Virus record (IMG/VR): IMGVR_UViG_3300005613_000085
Location: 1 to 52,128 of that record
Origin: a virus
Lineage: Duplodnaviria > Caudoviricetes
DNA: 52,128 nt
Reading direction: 5' to 3' (one strand)
The position numbers and the translations under genes are program-made. The notes below the pieces were generated by a model that ran no database searches, was not told the origin of the DNA, and saw nothing but the letters and a program-made list of their open reading frames with translations. Numbering within the stretch: the first letter of the stretch is position 1; each line of letters opens with the position of its first letter. Below, one piece after another: positions 18,172-28,093 of the stretch.

Positions 18172-18729
18172 ATGAATCTAATCAATCATGCTGCAATTAG
18201 CAATAAGACACAAGCTGATGGTGTTCAGGCTGTAAGTTTGACTATCCATGAAGCCTCGTTATTGCACCAATTACAGCTATCGATTGGTAGGTACTTAGTA
18301 TTTACATCAGGCGGTACAAGTGAGCTTGTCGCTGGTATTACTCTTACTGGAGCCATATCGGGAGCCACAGCCAGATTAGGCGTCGTGACCGTTGGCACCG
18401 GTTCGTGGGAAGCTGGCACTGCCGCTGGTACATTGATTCTTTACGATCAAGTAGGAACGTTTGTAGCTGAGAACCTCGACTGGGGAACTCAGCTCAACGT
18501 CCTTACTATCGCAGGAGATTCATCGTTACCGTCTGCCGGAACACTCACTGTTGGAGTCAAAACCCCGGAAGCAGAGGATTATGTCGATCTCACACATACA
18601 ATCGACATGGTCAACGGACCTTACCTTTATCAGTTTTCAGGTTTTGCTTCCAACATACGTGTTACTCCGACGGCTTTTACCGCTGTAAATACATATACTG
18701 TTGATATTGTCAGTGGAGTTATATCATGA
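18172..18729 (+). CDS. Putative virion structural protein carrying the shared TSGATA domain
   Basis: RBS GAGG; internal segment similar to parts of the decoration protein and the tail terminator. Confidence 0.65.
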   Translation: MNLINHAAISNKTQADGVQAVSLTIHEASLLHQLQLSIGRYLVFTSGGTSELVAGITLTGAISGATARLGVVTVGTGSWEAGTAAGTLILYDQVGTFVAENLDWGTQLNVLTIAGDSSLPSAGTLTVGVKTPEAEDYVDLTHTIDMVNGPYLYQFSGFASNIRVTPTAFTAVNTYTVDIVSGVIS

Positions 18730-18905
18730 TTCAGGGCCAAGGCGTAAAAGGAAGTGAGACACACCTGCCACTGAGGGAGGTAATTCTGGAGAAAATATTC
18801 TTGACTCCAATTTACTTACTTGAACCTGAGAAACGCATGATCTTGGATCAAACAGATAACTCAATACGTGATCAATGGGGAGCACCAATATTCGATGGCA
18901 ATTAA
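18726..18905 (+). CDS. Small hypothetical protein (59 aa, absent from the ORF track)
   Basis: ATGA overlap with the upstream stop; MIQGQGVKGS...DQWGAPIFDGN fills the gap to the next gene. Confidence 0.6.
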   Translation: MIQGQGVKGSETHLPLREVILEKIFLTPIYLLEPEKRMILDQTDNSIRDQWGAPIFDGN

Positions 18906-19215
18906 CTCAGCGTTTGTTAACGCAGCTAGAGATATTATAGAACGAATAGGAGTGGCCGCTAGCTATCAAAAGCTTGCTGGCGGTGCTCCTATTTCTTTAT
19001 ATATAGACCCGGATGTCAAAGTGGAATTCTTACCTGAAGACATGCAAGCGACAGTAGCAGTGGAAATGAAGATAGCAGAATTGTTAAATGAAGACATCGC
19101 GCCGGATAGACCGGAACGAGGAGATACAATAACAATCACAGCGACATCAGAGGTTCTCACTGTTCAAGGAGAATTAGGTGATGATGGCGCGTCAATGTGG
19201 GTATCGGTGGTATAA
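18895..19215 (+). CDS. Head-tail joining protein (gpFII-like head closure)
   Basis: Position and size; RPERGDTITI motif; RBS GGGGAG before ATG 18895. Confidence 0.65.
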   Translation: MAINSAFVNAARDIIERIGVAASYQKLAGGAPISLYIDPDVKVEFLPEDMQATVAVEMKIAELLNEDIAPDRPERGDTITITATSEVLTVQGELGDDGASMWVSVV

Positions 19216-19941
19216 ATGCCAGTTGTTAAATCATTAAGTATAGAGATTAACTCAGAGCAATTAAACGCTGTGCGGGGTTTAGTGGAGAAGTTTGGTAAAA
19301 AAGCACGCAAGCCTTTAGCCTGGGCGATTAATAAAACCATGACAGGCAGTGCAACGGCCAGGGGCACTGGTGGTTTGATTAAAGACTCTGTTGATGAAAT
19401 GGCAAAATATATCAACTTACAAAAAGGAATATTAAAGAAAGGCCCACATTCACCTGGGCATAAAGCGTCAGAGAAGAATCGTGTATGGAGTGTGGAGAAA
19501 TCAACTCCTGATGATTTAGGTGGAAAACTGTCCTGTACGAGTAAGAATCTCCAACTAATCCACTATTCTAATCAACGTGGCAGTGCGAGAGCTCATGCTA
19601 AATCAATATTTGTTCAGGTATTAAAAGAGCGCAAGAAAAAGAAGATGAAAGGTGTGTTTATTCCTAAGCTTAAGTCCGGTCACATCGGATTATTTACTCG
19701 TGTAAAAGAATCAAACGCAATTACTCCGAGAGGAAAACAAGCATACAAAAAAGGGCGATCAGGCAGGGCGAGAATAAGAGAACTCTACGGGGCCAGAATT
19801 AGTGATTTTTACTCGAATACTCCGATGCTTGACGAGATTATTATGAAGAAAGCAGGAGAGAGATTAGATAAGAATTTAGCTCACGAAATAGATTATTTTA
19901 TAACTAAAATGAACAGCCAAGCGGAGGGAAAAAAGAAATGA
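19216..19941 (+). CDS. Tail completion/neck protein (gpZ-like)
   Basis: Basic protein; AINKT, FIPKLKSGHIGLFTR, IRELYG, RLDKNLAHEI. Confidence 0.75.
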   Translation: MPVVKSLSIEINSEQLNAVRGLVEKFGKKARKPLAWAINKTMTGSATARGTGGLIKDSVDEMAKYINLQKGILKKGPHSPGHKASEKNRVWSVEKSTPDDLGGKLSCTSKNLQLIHYSNQRGSARAHAKSIFVQVLKERKKKKMKGVFIPKLKSGHIGLFTRVKESNAITPRGKQAYKKGRSGRARIRELYGARISDFYSNTPMLDEIIMKKAGERLDKNLAHEIDYFITKMNSQAEGKKK

Positions 19942-20204
19942 TATCACCAACAGTATTGCAGATTGGGTGGTTAGTATTTAGAATCATCAGAAAGCTATAC
20001 CCGATTGGTAGAGAAGTGTTTGATAAGTATCAAGATACACCGACCGGGAAGAAAGTAAAGCCTGTGAAAGAGATTAAAGAGAAAGCTAATGCAGAAGGAT
20101 TTAACATTGGTAATACAGAGGCAGAGTTAATCAGAAGTGCGATCCACTACGTAGTGGATAAGAAATCCAGACGCAAGGGATTAAAGAGACGTAAGAGAGG
20201 GTAA
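19938..20204 (+). CDS. Hypothetical protein
   Basis: 88-aa ORF coupled by ATGA overlap; amphipathic N-terminus and basic C-terminus. Confidence 0.6.
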   Translation: MISPTVLQIGWLVFRIIRKLYPIGREVFDKYQDTPTGKKVKPVKEIKEKANAEGFNIGNTEAELIRSAIHYVVDKKSRRKGLKRRKRG

Positions 20205-20207
20205 CAA

Positions 20208-23200
20208 GTGCCAACAACCACCACTTATTTATATTTTACAATGGACGACGATGACATTACTGGTGTTGTTGTTGATGATTTATCTCCTAGCGAAAACGAT
20301 GGTCAGTTAGGAGATGGATCGACAGCGTCTACTTACCCGGACTCTGTTCCGGGGATATTGGGTGAAGCACGGAGGTTCTATCAAGGTGATTGGATAGAAG
20401 TAGCAGATGCAAATACATTGGATTTCAGTGATGATCCTTTTAGTATTTCGTTGTGGTTGAAGGTTGCCGGTGACGCAGATACTTATCAGATTGGTGATCT
20501 TGTTACTAAATATGATGCAGCGAATAATACTGGATTTAATTTAACAGTAGTAGGTAATGAAAGTAATACTCGTAATATTTTCTTTGGTATTAATGATGCT
20601 CACCAAGATAGCGCTTGGGTAGAAAAAGCCCCTAAACACGACGATGAGACTTATATTCGCGCTCTTGCTGTTTTTAACGGTAAACTCTACGGAGGTACCA
20701 ACCCTAATAGTAACCTTTTAGAGTGGAACGGAACAAACGCCTGGGTAGAAAAAGCCCCTAAACATGACAGTGAGTCTAATATTCGCGCTCTTGCTGTTTT
20801 TAACGGTAAACTCTACGGAGGTACCTACCCTAATAGTAATTTAGTAGAGTGGAACGGAACAAACGCCTGGGTAGAAAGAGCCCCTAAACATGACGATGAG
20901 CAGTATATCCTCTCTCTTGCTGTTTTTAACGGTAAACTCTACGGAAGTACCATCAACGTTAATGGTAACCTTTTAGAGTGGAACGGAACAAACGCCTGGG
21001 TAGAAAAAGCCCCTAAACACGACGATGAGTCTGCTGTCAACGCTCTTGCTGTTTTTAACGGTAAACTCTACGGAGGTACCAGTGCCACTGGTGGTAATTT
21101 AGTAGAGTGGAAATCTGGGATAGGCGTGCAATATAACTATGCGCTCACTGCTGGTACCCACCATATCGTTGCTGTAAGAGATACAACAACATTAAAGCTT
21201 TATATAGATAAAGTTCTTGTCGGTACTTCTGATGCATTCACGCAAGCAGATTATGATGTTGATAACGCTGAAAAAGTAATGATTGGTGCGTATGGCCATA
21301 AAGTTATAGATGAATTACATATTTATAACCGAGCGTTGAATATGACCGAGATAGGTGTGTTGGAGGGGAGCTATAGTACGACATCGACTTCTACGACAAC
21401 GACATCCTCGATATCAACGATATCAACGATATCATCGACATCAACCTCTATATCATCAACATCCTCTTCATGTTCTACTTTATCAACAGACATAACAACA
21501 ACATCAACAGAAACAACATCATCATCATCTACCTGTTCTACTCTATCAACAGCATCAACAACACATACAACGGCATCGACTTCTTCAACTTCATCATCGT
21601 CTTGTAGTACACTGTCAACGGCCTCAACTCTCTCAACGACAACATCGACTTCTACTTCCACTTGTTCGACGTGTTCAACGTTATCGACCGCTTCGACTCT
21701 TTCAACAACAACATCAACTTCCACTTCCTCATCATCTACTTGTTCTACATTATCAACAGCTTCGACAGCTTCAACAACAAGCACAACTTCTTCTTCTACT
21801 TCTTCATCATGCTCGACTCTCAGTACGGCATCAACACTGTCAACGACATCGACTTCTACTTCAACTTCATCTTCATCATGCTCGACTCTTAGCACAGCAT
21901 CGACAGCTTCGACTTCATCTTCATCGTGCTCGACATTATCAACAGCTTCGACACTATCAACAACAACATCATCATTATCTACAACTTGCTCGACTTGCTC
22001 GACATTATCAACAGCTTCGACTTTATCAACAACAGCGTCATCATCTTCAACTACCTGTTCTACATGTTCGACTTTGTCAACGTTATCAACTCAATCTACA
22101 ACGTCCTCTTCGTCTTCTTCCACGTGTTCTACTTGCTCGACTCTTAGCACGGCACCTACATTAAGTACGACGACATCTTCTTCTTCAACTACTTGCAGTA
22201 CGTGTTCGACTCTCAGTACAGAATCGACACTATCAACGACATCGACTTCATCTTCAACTTCCTCCTCATCGTGTTCAACACTGTCAACGGTATCGACACT
22301 ATCAACGGCATCGACTTCTTCGTCTACAACGTGTTCAACTTGTTCGACGTTATCAACGGCATCGACATCCTCTTCATCTTCATCCACATGCTCAACTTGC
22401 TCGACTCTCAGTACAATATCAACTACATCTTCATCATCTTCATCCACATGCTCAACTTGCTCGACTCTCAGTACAATATCAACTACATCATCAACGTATT
22501 CAACAGCATCTACTTCATCTTCATCATGTTCTACATTATCAACAGCTTCGACGCTATCGACAACGTCTTCATCTACGTGTTCGACATCATCTACGTGTAG
22601 TACGTTATCGACGGCTTCGACACTGTCAACTACATCATCAACGTCTTCGACTACATGCTCAACCTGTTCGACTCTCAGTACATATTCAACATCTTCTTCT
22701 TCATCATCTACTTGTTCAACTTGCTCGACTCTTAGCACGCAATCAACTACAGCGTCAACGCAGTCTACAACATCCTCCTCCTCATCATCTACCTGCTCAA
22801 CTTGCTCAACTCTTAGTACGGCATCGACTTTATCAACAACATCGACTTCTACATCTTCTTCCTCATCCTCATCATCTACCTGTTCAACACTCTCCACTCA
22901 CAGTACGATATCGACAACGACATCCTCCTCCTCTTCTACTTCTTCTACCTGCTCAACGTTATCAACGGCGTCAACAACATCCTCTTCATTATCTACATCA
23001 TCGTCATGCTCGACTTGTTCAACACTATCTACTGATGTTACGACATCATCTTCCACATCATCTTCTTCATCCTCTACTTGTTCTACGCTATCAACACTAT
23101 CAACATCGTCTTCTTGCTCATCGACATCTTCATCTTGTTCAACACTCTCCACATACAGCACGGCATCAACAACGTCATCATCAACTTCAACAACAACTTC

Positions 23201-26200
23201 AACTTATCCTGTATGTGAATTAGATGATGATTTTGATAACCTCACGCATTGGATGATAGTAGAGAATTACGGTGGCACGGTTTCAACAGTCGGCGGTCAG
23301 ATGAGACTGACAATAGATAATGGTGCCAATAGAAATATAAGAGTTGCATTCGGCCATCAAATTCTCGCTGGCGATTTCGATGTTCAGATTGATGTAGCGG
23401 ATTGGATATTAACAGATAATAAAGAACTCCATGCGATATTTTGTATTGCTGATAAAACTCATGATAATTATTACCACGTAGGTATTGAGATTGAAGCCGC
23501 AGGTAGTGCGGAGGATTTCGTTGCAGAGTACCAAGAGAACGGCGGCGGAGAAGTAGAAATAGATAGAGACGATGACGTAGCTGATATAACAGGTTGTAAG
23601 CTAAGAGTTAAACGAGTCGGTACAGTTCTTCAAGGTTTCTATGACGCAGGTTCCGGTTGGGTAGCGATGACTTCCCGTGATATGGGAGCCTGGGCTGCGG
23701 AGCTTGTTTATGTTAATTGTGCTATACATGAACATGAAAATGTTGGCGGTTCTGTTGATTGGGATAATCTTCATTGGAACTTAGGCATATGCCCTGATCC
23801 TAATGGTTGGACAACGACAAGCACAACGACAAGTACAACAACATCGTGTTCGACCTGTTCGACTCTTAGTACAGCATCGACATTATCAACATCTTCAACA
23901 ACATCATCTTCAACTTGTTCAACCTGTTCGACCTTTAGCACAGAATCGACACTGTCGACAACATCGACTTCCTCTTCATCAACATGCTCTACATTGTCAA
24001 CTCAATCAACTTCCTCATCTACGTGCTCAACACTGTCAACAGTCTCGACTTCTTCTTCAACCTGTTCGACATGTTCTACTTCATCTACATGTTCGACATG
24101 CTCGACACTAAGTACAGCATCGACAGCTTCGACAGCTTCGACAGCTTCAACGTCATCCTCATCTTGTTCAACTCTTAGTACGACATCGACGGAATTAACA
24201 ACGTCGTCATCGACTTCCTGTTCGACGGCGTCTACACAGTCAACGGCATCGACACTATCAACTACATCATCCAGTAGTAGTACGTGTTCGACCTTATCAA
24301 CACTCTCAACATCTTCTACTTCCTCCTCCTCTTCATCATCCACTTGTTCAACTTGTTCTACGCTCTCAACAGCATCGACACAGTCTACAACATCATCTTC
24401 ATCCTCATCCACATGTTCTACTTGCTCTACACTTTCAACACTTTCAACATTATCAACGTCTTCCTCATCTACATGCTCCACTCTTAGTACGGAATCAACA
24501 ACCTCTTCATCTTCATCCACATGTTCGACGCTCTCAACGGCATCAACATTATCGACAACGTCTACTTCATCCTCATCTACATGTTCTACTTGCTCGACAT
24601 TATCAACAGCTTCAACACAATCTACAACATCATCCTCATCCTCATCCACATGTTCCACTCTCAGTACAGAATCAACAACCTCTTCCTCTTCATCTACATG
24701 TTCCACTCTCAGTACAGAATCAACAACCTCTTCCTCTTCATCTACATGTTCCACTCAATCAACGGCGTCAGGAAGCACAACATCAACATGTTCAACATGC
24801 TCAACTCTTAGTACACAATCTACTCAATCTACTCAATCTACAACGTCATCTTCATCCTCATCCACATGCTCTACTTGCTCTACATTATCGACACTATCAA
24901 CATCATCAACTTCATCAACTTCATCCTCATCGTGTTCAACTCTCAGTACAGAATCAACGACATCATCATCTACACTGTCAACGACATCATCAAGTAGCAG
25001 TACGCGTTCGACCTTATCAACACTCTCAACATCATCTTCTTCATCATCATCTACACGCTCGACTCTCTCAACCGCATCGACGACATCGTCATCTTCAACT
25101 TCATCTTCATCTACATGCTCAACTCTCAGCACAGAATCAACAACCTCCTCTTCTTCATCCACATGCTCTACATTATCAACAGTAACAGGAGTATCAACCT
25201 CATCCTCATCAACTTGTTCTACACTTTCAACATTGTCAACATCCTCTTCATCTACATGCTCAACTCAATCAACAGCATCAACAACGTCATGTTCTACTTG
25301 TTCTTCATCATCAACTTACACGACAATGACCACTTGGTCCTGCTCTTCTACATCATCCTCCACATGTTCAACGCTATCAATAGTTACAACCTCATCCACA
25401 ACACACACAACTGGGTCTACTTGGTCCTGTTCGACTACATCAACTTGCTCGACGTGTTCAACGCTATCAACACAATCAACTCAATCAACTTCTTCATCTT
25501 CATCTTCATCAACTTGTTCTACTTGCTCTACACTTTCAACACTATCAACATCCTCATCTACGTGCTCTACTCAATCTACGCTGTCAACGCTCTCAACATC
25601 TTCTACATCTTCTACCTGTTCTACTTCAATGTCATCGACATCCACATCGACCTCATCTACTCATACAACAACAACCACCTCTCCTCCTGCATATGACATT
25701 ACGATCCGCGAACTCGTTATCGCGGCAATAAAAACAAAAGTAGATGAAATCTCCCTGGCCAACGGCTACCGTAACGACATTGCCAACGTCGGTATCGGCT
25801 ACCGCTTCTGGGGTAAAAACGATCTCAATGCAATATCAATCTTACCCGGTACTGAAGACATCAATCACCAACTCGGTGTAAGATCAAATCCAATGCAAGT
25901 TACAATCCTCGGTTTCAGTGCATTCAATCCGTCATCAGAGAATCCCTCACCCGTAGCGGAACCTCTCTTGGCTGATATAAAGCACAATATCCTTGGATTG
26001 ACATTCCGAATCCCCTTCGTCCTCGGTCAGAACGAGCCAAGTCAAGGTGACTTACTCAGGGGTCAGACATCAGGGGCGACAGTAAGAATAATGAGAATCA
26101 ACCATACCACTGGTTCCTGGGCCCTTGGTAACGCCGGTGGTACATTCAGAGTCCGCGATATGCGTGGGTTCCTACTACATAATGAGAACCTTCTTAACTC

Positions 26201-26393
26201 TTCCGGTGTAGTAGTAGCAAAGGGCCAAACAATAGTCGTAGAAGACCGCTTCGGCGGCTATGTAACAACTGTAGATTATGTCACAGGTGGGATAGAGGGT
26301 TATCCTGAAGTAGGTGAAACGGCGATTGCTGTAACTGCAACGTTCTCTTTTACTTATATGACAATGAATGATAACCCGTATCTTCAACCTTAA
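20208..26393 (+). CDS. Giant virion protein: LamG domain, two Ser/Thr/Cys tracts, ConA-like domain, C-terminal tail terminator-like domain
   Basis: LamG motifs FSISLW, HHIVAVRD...LYID, IDELHIYNRAL; C-terminal TIRELVIAAIKTKV..I..ANGY at the gpU position before the tail tube gene. Confidence 0.75.
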   Translation: MPTTTTYLYFTMDDDDITGVVVDDLSPSENDGQLGDGSTASTYPDSVPGILGEARRFYQGDWIEVADANTLDFSDDPFSISLWLKVAGDADTYQIGDLVTKYDAANNTGFNLTVVGNESNTRNIFFGINDAHQDSAWVEKAPKHDDETYIRALAVFNGKLYGGTNPNSNLLEWNGTNAWVEKAPKHDSESNIRALAVFNGKLYGGTYPNSNLVEWNGTNAWVERAPKHDDEQYILSLAVFNGKLYGSTINVNGNLLEWNGTNAWVEKAPKHDDESAVNALAVFNGKLYGGTSATGGNLVEWKSGIGVQYNYALTAGTHHIVAVRDTTTLKLYIDKVLVGTSDAFTQADYDVDNAEKVMIGAYGHKVIDELHIYNRALNMTEIGVLEGSYSTTSTSTTTTSSISTISTISSTSTSISSTSSSCSTLSTDITTTSTETTSSSSTCSTLSTASTTHTTASTSSTSSSSCSTLSTASTLSTTTSTSTSTCSTCSTLSTASTLSTTTSTSTSSSSTCSTLSTASTASTTSTTSSSTSSSCSTLSTASTLSTTSTSTSTSSSSCSTLSTASTASTSSSSCSTLSTASTLSTTTSSLSTTCSTCSTLSTASTLSTTASSSSTTCSTCSTLSTLSTQSTTSSSSSSTCSTCSTLSTAPTLSTTTSSSSTTCSTCSTLSTESTLSTTSTSSSTSSSSCSTLSTVSTLSTASTSSSTTCSTCSTLSTASTSSSSSSTCSTCSTLSTISTTSSSSSSTCSTCSTLSTISTTSSTYSTASTSSSSCSTLSTASTLSTTSSSTCSTSSTCSTLSTASTLSTTSSTSSTTCSTCSTLSTYSTSSSSSSTCSTCSTLSTQSTTASTQSTTSSSSSSTCSTCSTLSTASTLSTTSTSTSSSSSSSSTCSTLSTHSTISTTTSSSSSTSSTCSTLSTASTTSSSLSTSSSCSTCSTLSTDVTTSSSTSSSSSSTCSTLSTLSTSSSCSSTSSSCSTLSTYSTASTTSSSTSTTTSTYPVCELDDDFDNLTHWMIVENYGGTVSTVGGQMRLTIDNGANRNIRVAFGHQILAGDFDVQIDVADWILTDNKELHAIFCIADKTHDNYYHVGIEIEAAGSAEDFVAEYQENGGGEVEIDRDDDVADITGCKLRVKRVGTVLQGFYDAGSGWVAMTSRDMGAWAAELVYVNCAIHEHENVGGSVDWDNLHWNLGICPDPNGWTTTSTTTSTTTSCSTCSTLSTASTLSTSSTTSSSTCSTCSTFSTESTLSTTSTSSSSTCSTLSTQSTSSSTCSTLSTVSTSSSTCSTCSTSSTCSTCSTLSTASTASTASTASTSSSSCSTLSTTSTELTTSSSTSCSTASTQSTASTLSTTSSSSSTCSTLSTLSTSSTSSSSSSSTCSTCSTLSTASTQSTTSSSSSSTCSTCSTLSTLSTLSTSSSSTCSTLSTESTTSSSSSTCSTLSTASTLSTTSTSSSSTCSTCSTLSTASTQSTTSSSSSSTCSTLSTESTTSSSSSTCSTLSTESTTSSSSSTCSTQSTASGSTTSTCSTCSTLSTQSTQSTQSTTSSSSSSTCSTCSTLSTLSTSSTSSTSSSSCSTLSTESTTSSSTLSTTSSSSSTRSTLSTLSTSSSSSSSTRSTLSTASTTSSSSTSSSSTCSTLSTESTTSSSSSTCSTLSTVTGVSTSSSSTCSTLSTLSTSSSSTCSTQSTASTTSCSTCSSSSTYTTMTTWSCSSTSSSTCSTLSIVTTSSTTHTTGSTWSCSTTSTCSTCSTLSTQSTQSTSSSSSSSTCSTCSTLSTLSTSSSTCSTQSTLSTLSTSSTSSTCSTSMSSTSTSTSSTHTTTTTSPPAYDITIRELVIAAIKTKVDEISLANGYRNDIANVGIGYRFWGKNDLNAISILPGTEDINHQLGVRSNPMQVTILGFSAFNPSSENPSPVAEPLLADIKHNILGLTFRIPFVLGQNEPSQGDLLRGQTSGATVRIMRINHTTGSWALGNAGGTFRVRDMRGFLLHNENLLNSSGVVVAKGQTIVVEDRFGGYVTTVDYVTGGIEGYPEVGETAIAVTATFSFTYMTMNDNPYLQP
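20616..21110 (+). repeat. Four tandem 126-129 bp coding repeats (WVEKAPKHD...LAVFNGKLYGG...EWNGTNA)
   Basis: Units start at 20616, 20742, 20868 and 20997; near-identical scaffold with two variable patches. Confidence 0.95.
21371..23204 (+). repeat. Ser/Thr/Cys low-complexity tract 1 (about 610 aa)
   Basis: STCSTLSTAST-type X-S-T repeats with mixed synonymous codons. Confidence 0.95.
23811..25683 (+). repeat. Ser/Thr/Cys low-complexity tract 2 (about 620 aa)
   Basis: Same repeat grammar as tract 1. Confidence 0.95.
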
Positions 26394-26408
26394 ATAGGAG
26401 GTATTAAG

Positions 26409-27437
26409 ATGTTAGCTAATACTGCTGAAAATGGAGCATTATATTACGAAGCTTCACAAGCAGTTACAGCAATGACAGCGTTGACGGATTCCGGAGACCA
26501 TCAACTCTTTACGTCTGCTGTAACTCTGTGGTCCGAGCGATCTGGTTATTCACCAGTTGTTCGCCCGGACGGAATGATCTCCGGTGGTATCGTTATACCT
26601 GAAGCATCGGGTCCGGATAATGATGAAGTCGATGTCAGCGCAGGTACATGTTATCTAGTCGGTGTTTCTACTTCTGTAGTTGCTGTGTCTGGTGTAACAT
26701 CATTAGTCTGTGCGAGAACCGCTGATGCTGCCAATAAATGTATCATCACATCAATTATCGTTACTGCTGCTGGTGCTTATGACGTTCTACAAGGAACTAA
26801 AGGTGCTGCATTATCAACGACTCGTGGCGCTGCTGGTGGTCCACCGCTGCTCACTGTTGGTGTTATTGAAGTCGCACAAGTTAAATACACCTCTGAAGCT
26901 GTTGGTGCTGTTCTTGAATCTGAGATCTTTCAAGTACCCGGCGTAAGTCAAGAGCGATATGATTACCCGTTATGGGAAGTTCATAACGGTAGAGACCAGG
27001 CCGGTGATATTCCCGGTGGCTGTGTCAAGCTCTTGTCTGCTATTACTGCTGATCACGTCGGGCCAGTTGCTAAGGCCGTATATGCTTCTTACGCTGAACC
27101 AGCTTTTGCTGAAAACCGACCTGTATCTGACTTTGTGCCACCTACCAATGCCCATAGCGTTTCGTCTAAACAAGTCTATAGCGGAACTATTGGATCTCGT
27201 TCGTCCTCATTAAACCAAGGATCATTTACAGCGTTTTTATCCAACGGTGTTAATGACGCTTTAATGCGACTCAAAGATGAAATCCTCTGGTTTAAATTCT
27301 ATCCGGATCGCTATAAAACACCGTATGTTCTTACTCAAGGTAAACTCGGGGTTGTTCCTTCTTACCCCGCTGATGATTCAATCACCGCTGCATGTACAAT
27401 TTCGGCTGCTGAAGCCGCTGTTAATGTAGATGCATAA
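26409..27437 (+). CDS. Putative major tail (tube) protein
   Basis: Strong RBS AGGAGG; lies between the terminator-like gene and the tail chaperone. Confidence 0.65.
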   Translation: MLANTAENGALYYEASQAVTAMTALTDSGDHQLFTSAVTLWSERSGYSPVVRPDGMISGGIVIPEASGPDNDEVDVSAGTCYLVGVSTSVVAVSGVTSLVCARTADAANKCIITSIIVTAAGAYDVLQGTKGAALSTTRGAAGGPPLLTVGVIEVAQVKYTSEAVGAVLESEIFQVPGVSQERYDYPLWEVHNGRDQAGDIPGGCVKLLSAITADHVGPVAKAVYASYAEPAFAENRPVSDFVPPTNAHSVSSKQVYSGTIGSRSSSLNQGSFTAFLSNGVNDALMRLKDEILWFKFYPDRYKTPYVLTQGKLGVVPSYPADDSITAACTISAAEAAVNVDA

Positions 27438-27454
27438 TAAGGAGTGAATAAGTC

Positions 27455-27928
27455 ATGCCTTTTGATTTAAAGAAATTTCAAGGCGCGACTTTTACCCCTA
27501 GAGAGGAGCTTGTGGAGGTTAAAGATCTCCACGAGTTCTTCCCCAAAGGGGAAAAGCCGTTTATTAAAGTTCGTGGGTTAGAGGGTCCGGAGCTTGCACA
27601 GGTTCACGAAGCGCTCAGTAAAAACAAAAACATATCTAAATTAGTAGACGGACTGTTGTCTTCTCAATCAACTGAGCTGTTAGCGTCCGTTCAAGAGGCA
27701 ATCGGTGTTACAGATAAAACACCTAACGAGATTGCTAAGAGATTAGAAATGATGGTTATCGGATCGGTAGAACCGAAATTCACCATGGACATGGCTGTGA
27801 AGTTCTGCCGTGTCTGGCCTATTGAGTTTTATTCTGTCACTAATGTTATTAGTAGATTAACCGGGCAGGGCATGTTGCCGGGAAAATCCAAGCCCTCTGG
27901 GACGACCCCGAAGTCAAAGCGTGCTTAG
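27455..27928 (+). CDS. Tail assembly chaperone (gpG-like)
   Basis: Position before the tape measure gene; slippery site near the 3' end. Confidence 0.8.
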   Translation: MPFDLKKFQGATFTPREELVEVKDLHEFFPKGEKPFIKVRGLEGPELAQVHEALSKNKNISKLVDGLLSSQSTELLASVQEAIGVTDKTPNEIAKRLEMMVIGSVEPKFTMDMAVKFCRVWPIEFYSVTNVISRLTGQGMLPGKSKPSGTTPKSKRA

Positions 27929-28089
27929 GGCTGGCTTGGAAATGGAACATGCCGATGTTTAAAGTTCGCCCGGACTTGTTTCCAGAGGGGTATTTGACGA
28001 CGACAGAAATTATCTTATGGGGTAGATATATTGATCAGAAAGGTAAGAAGGGTAAGAAGAATATGAATGTGAATATGAATATAGGATGA
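27880..28089 (+). other. Programmed -1 frameshift site G-GGA-AAA and gpGT-like extension
   Basis: Heptamer GGGAAAA at 27880-27886 in the correct phase; the -1 frame is open (IQALWDDPEVKACL...RPDLFPEGYLT) to TGA 28087-28089, 4 nt before the tape measure ATG. Confidence 0.85.
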
Positions 28090-28093
28090 CATT

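Noticed and set aside
20616-21110. Possible CRISPR array
   Set aside because: Units are 126-129 bp in-frame coding repeats without unique spacers, and no cas genes are present
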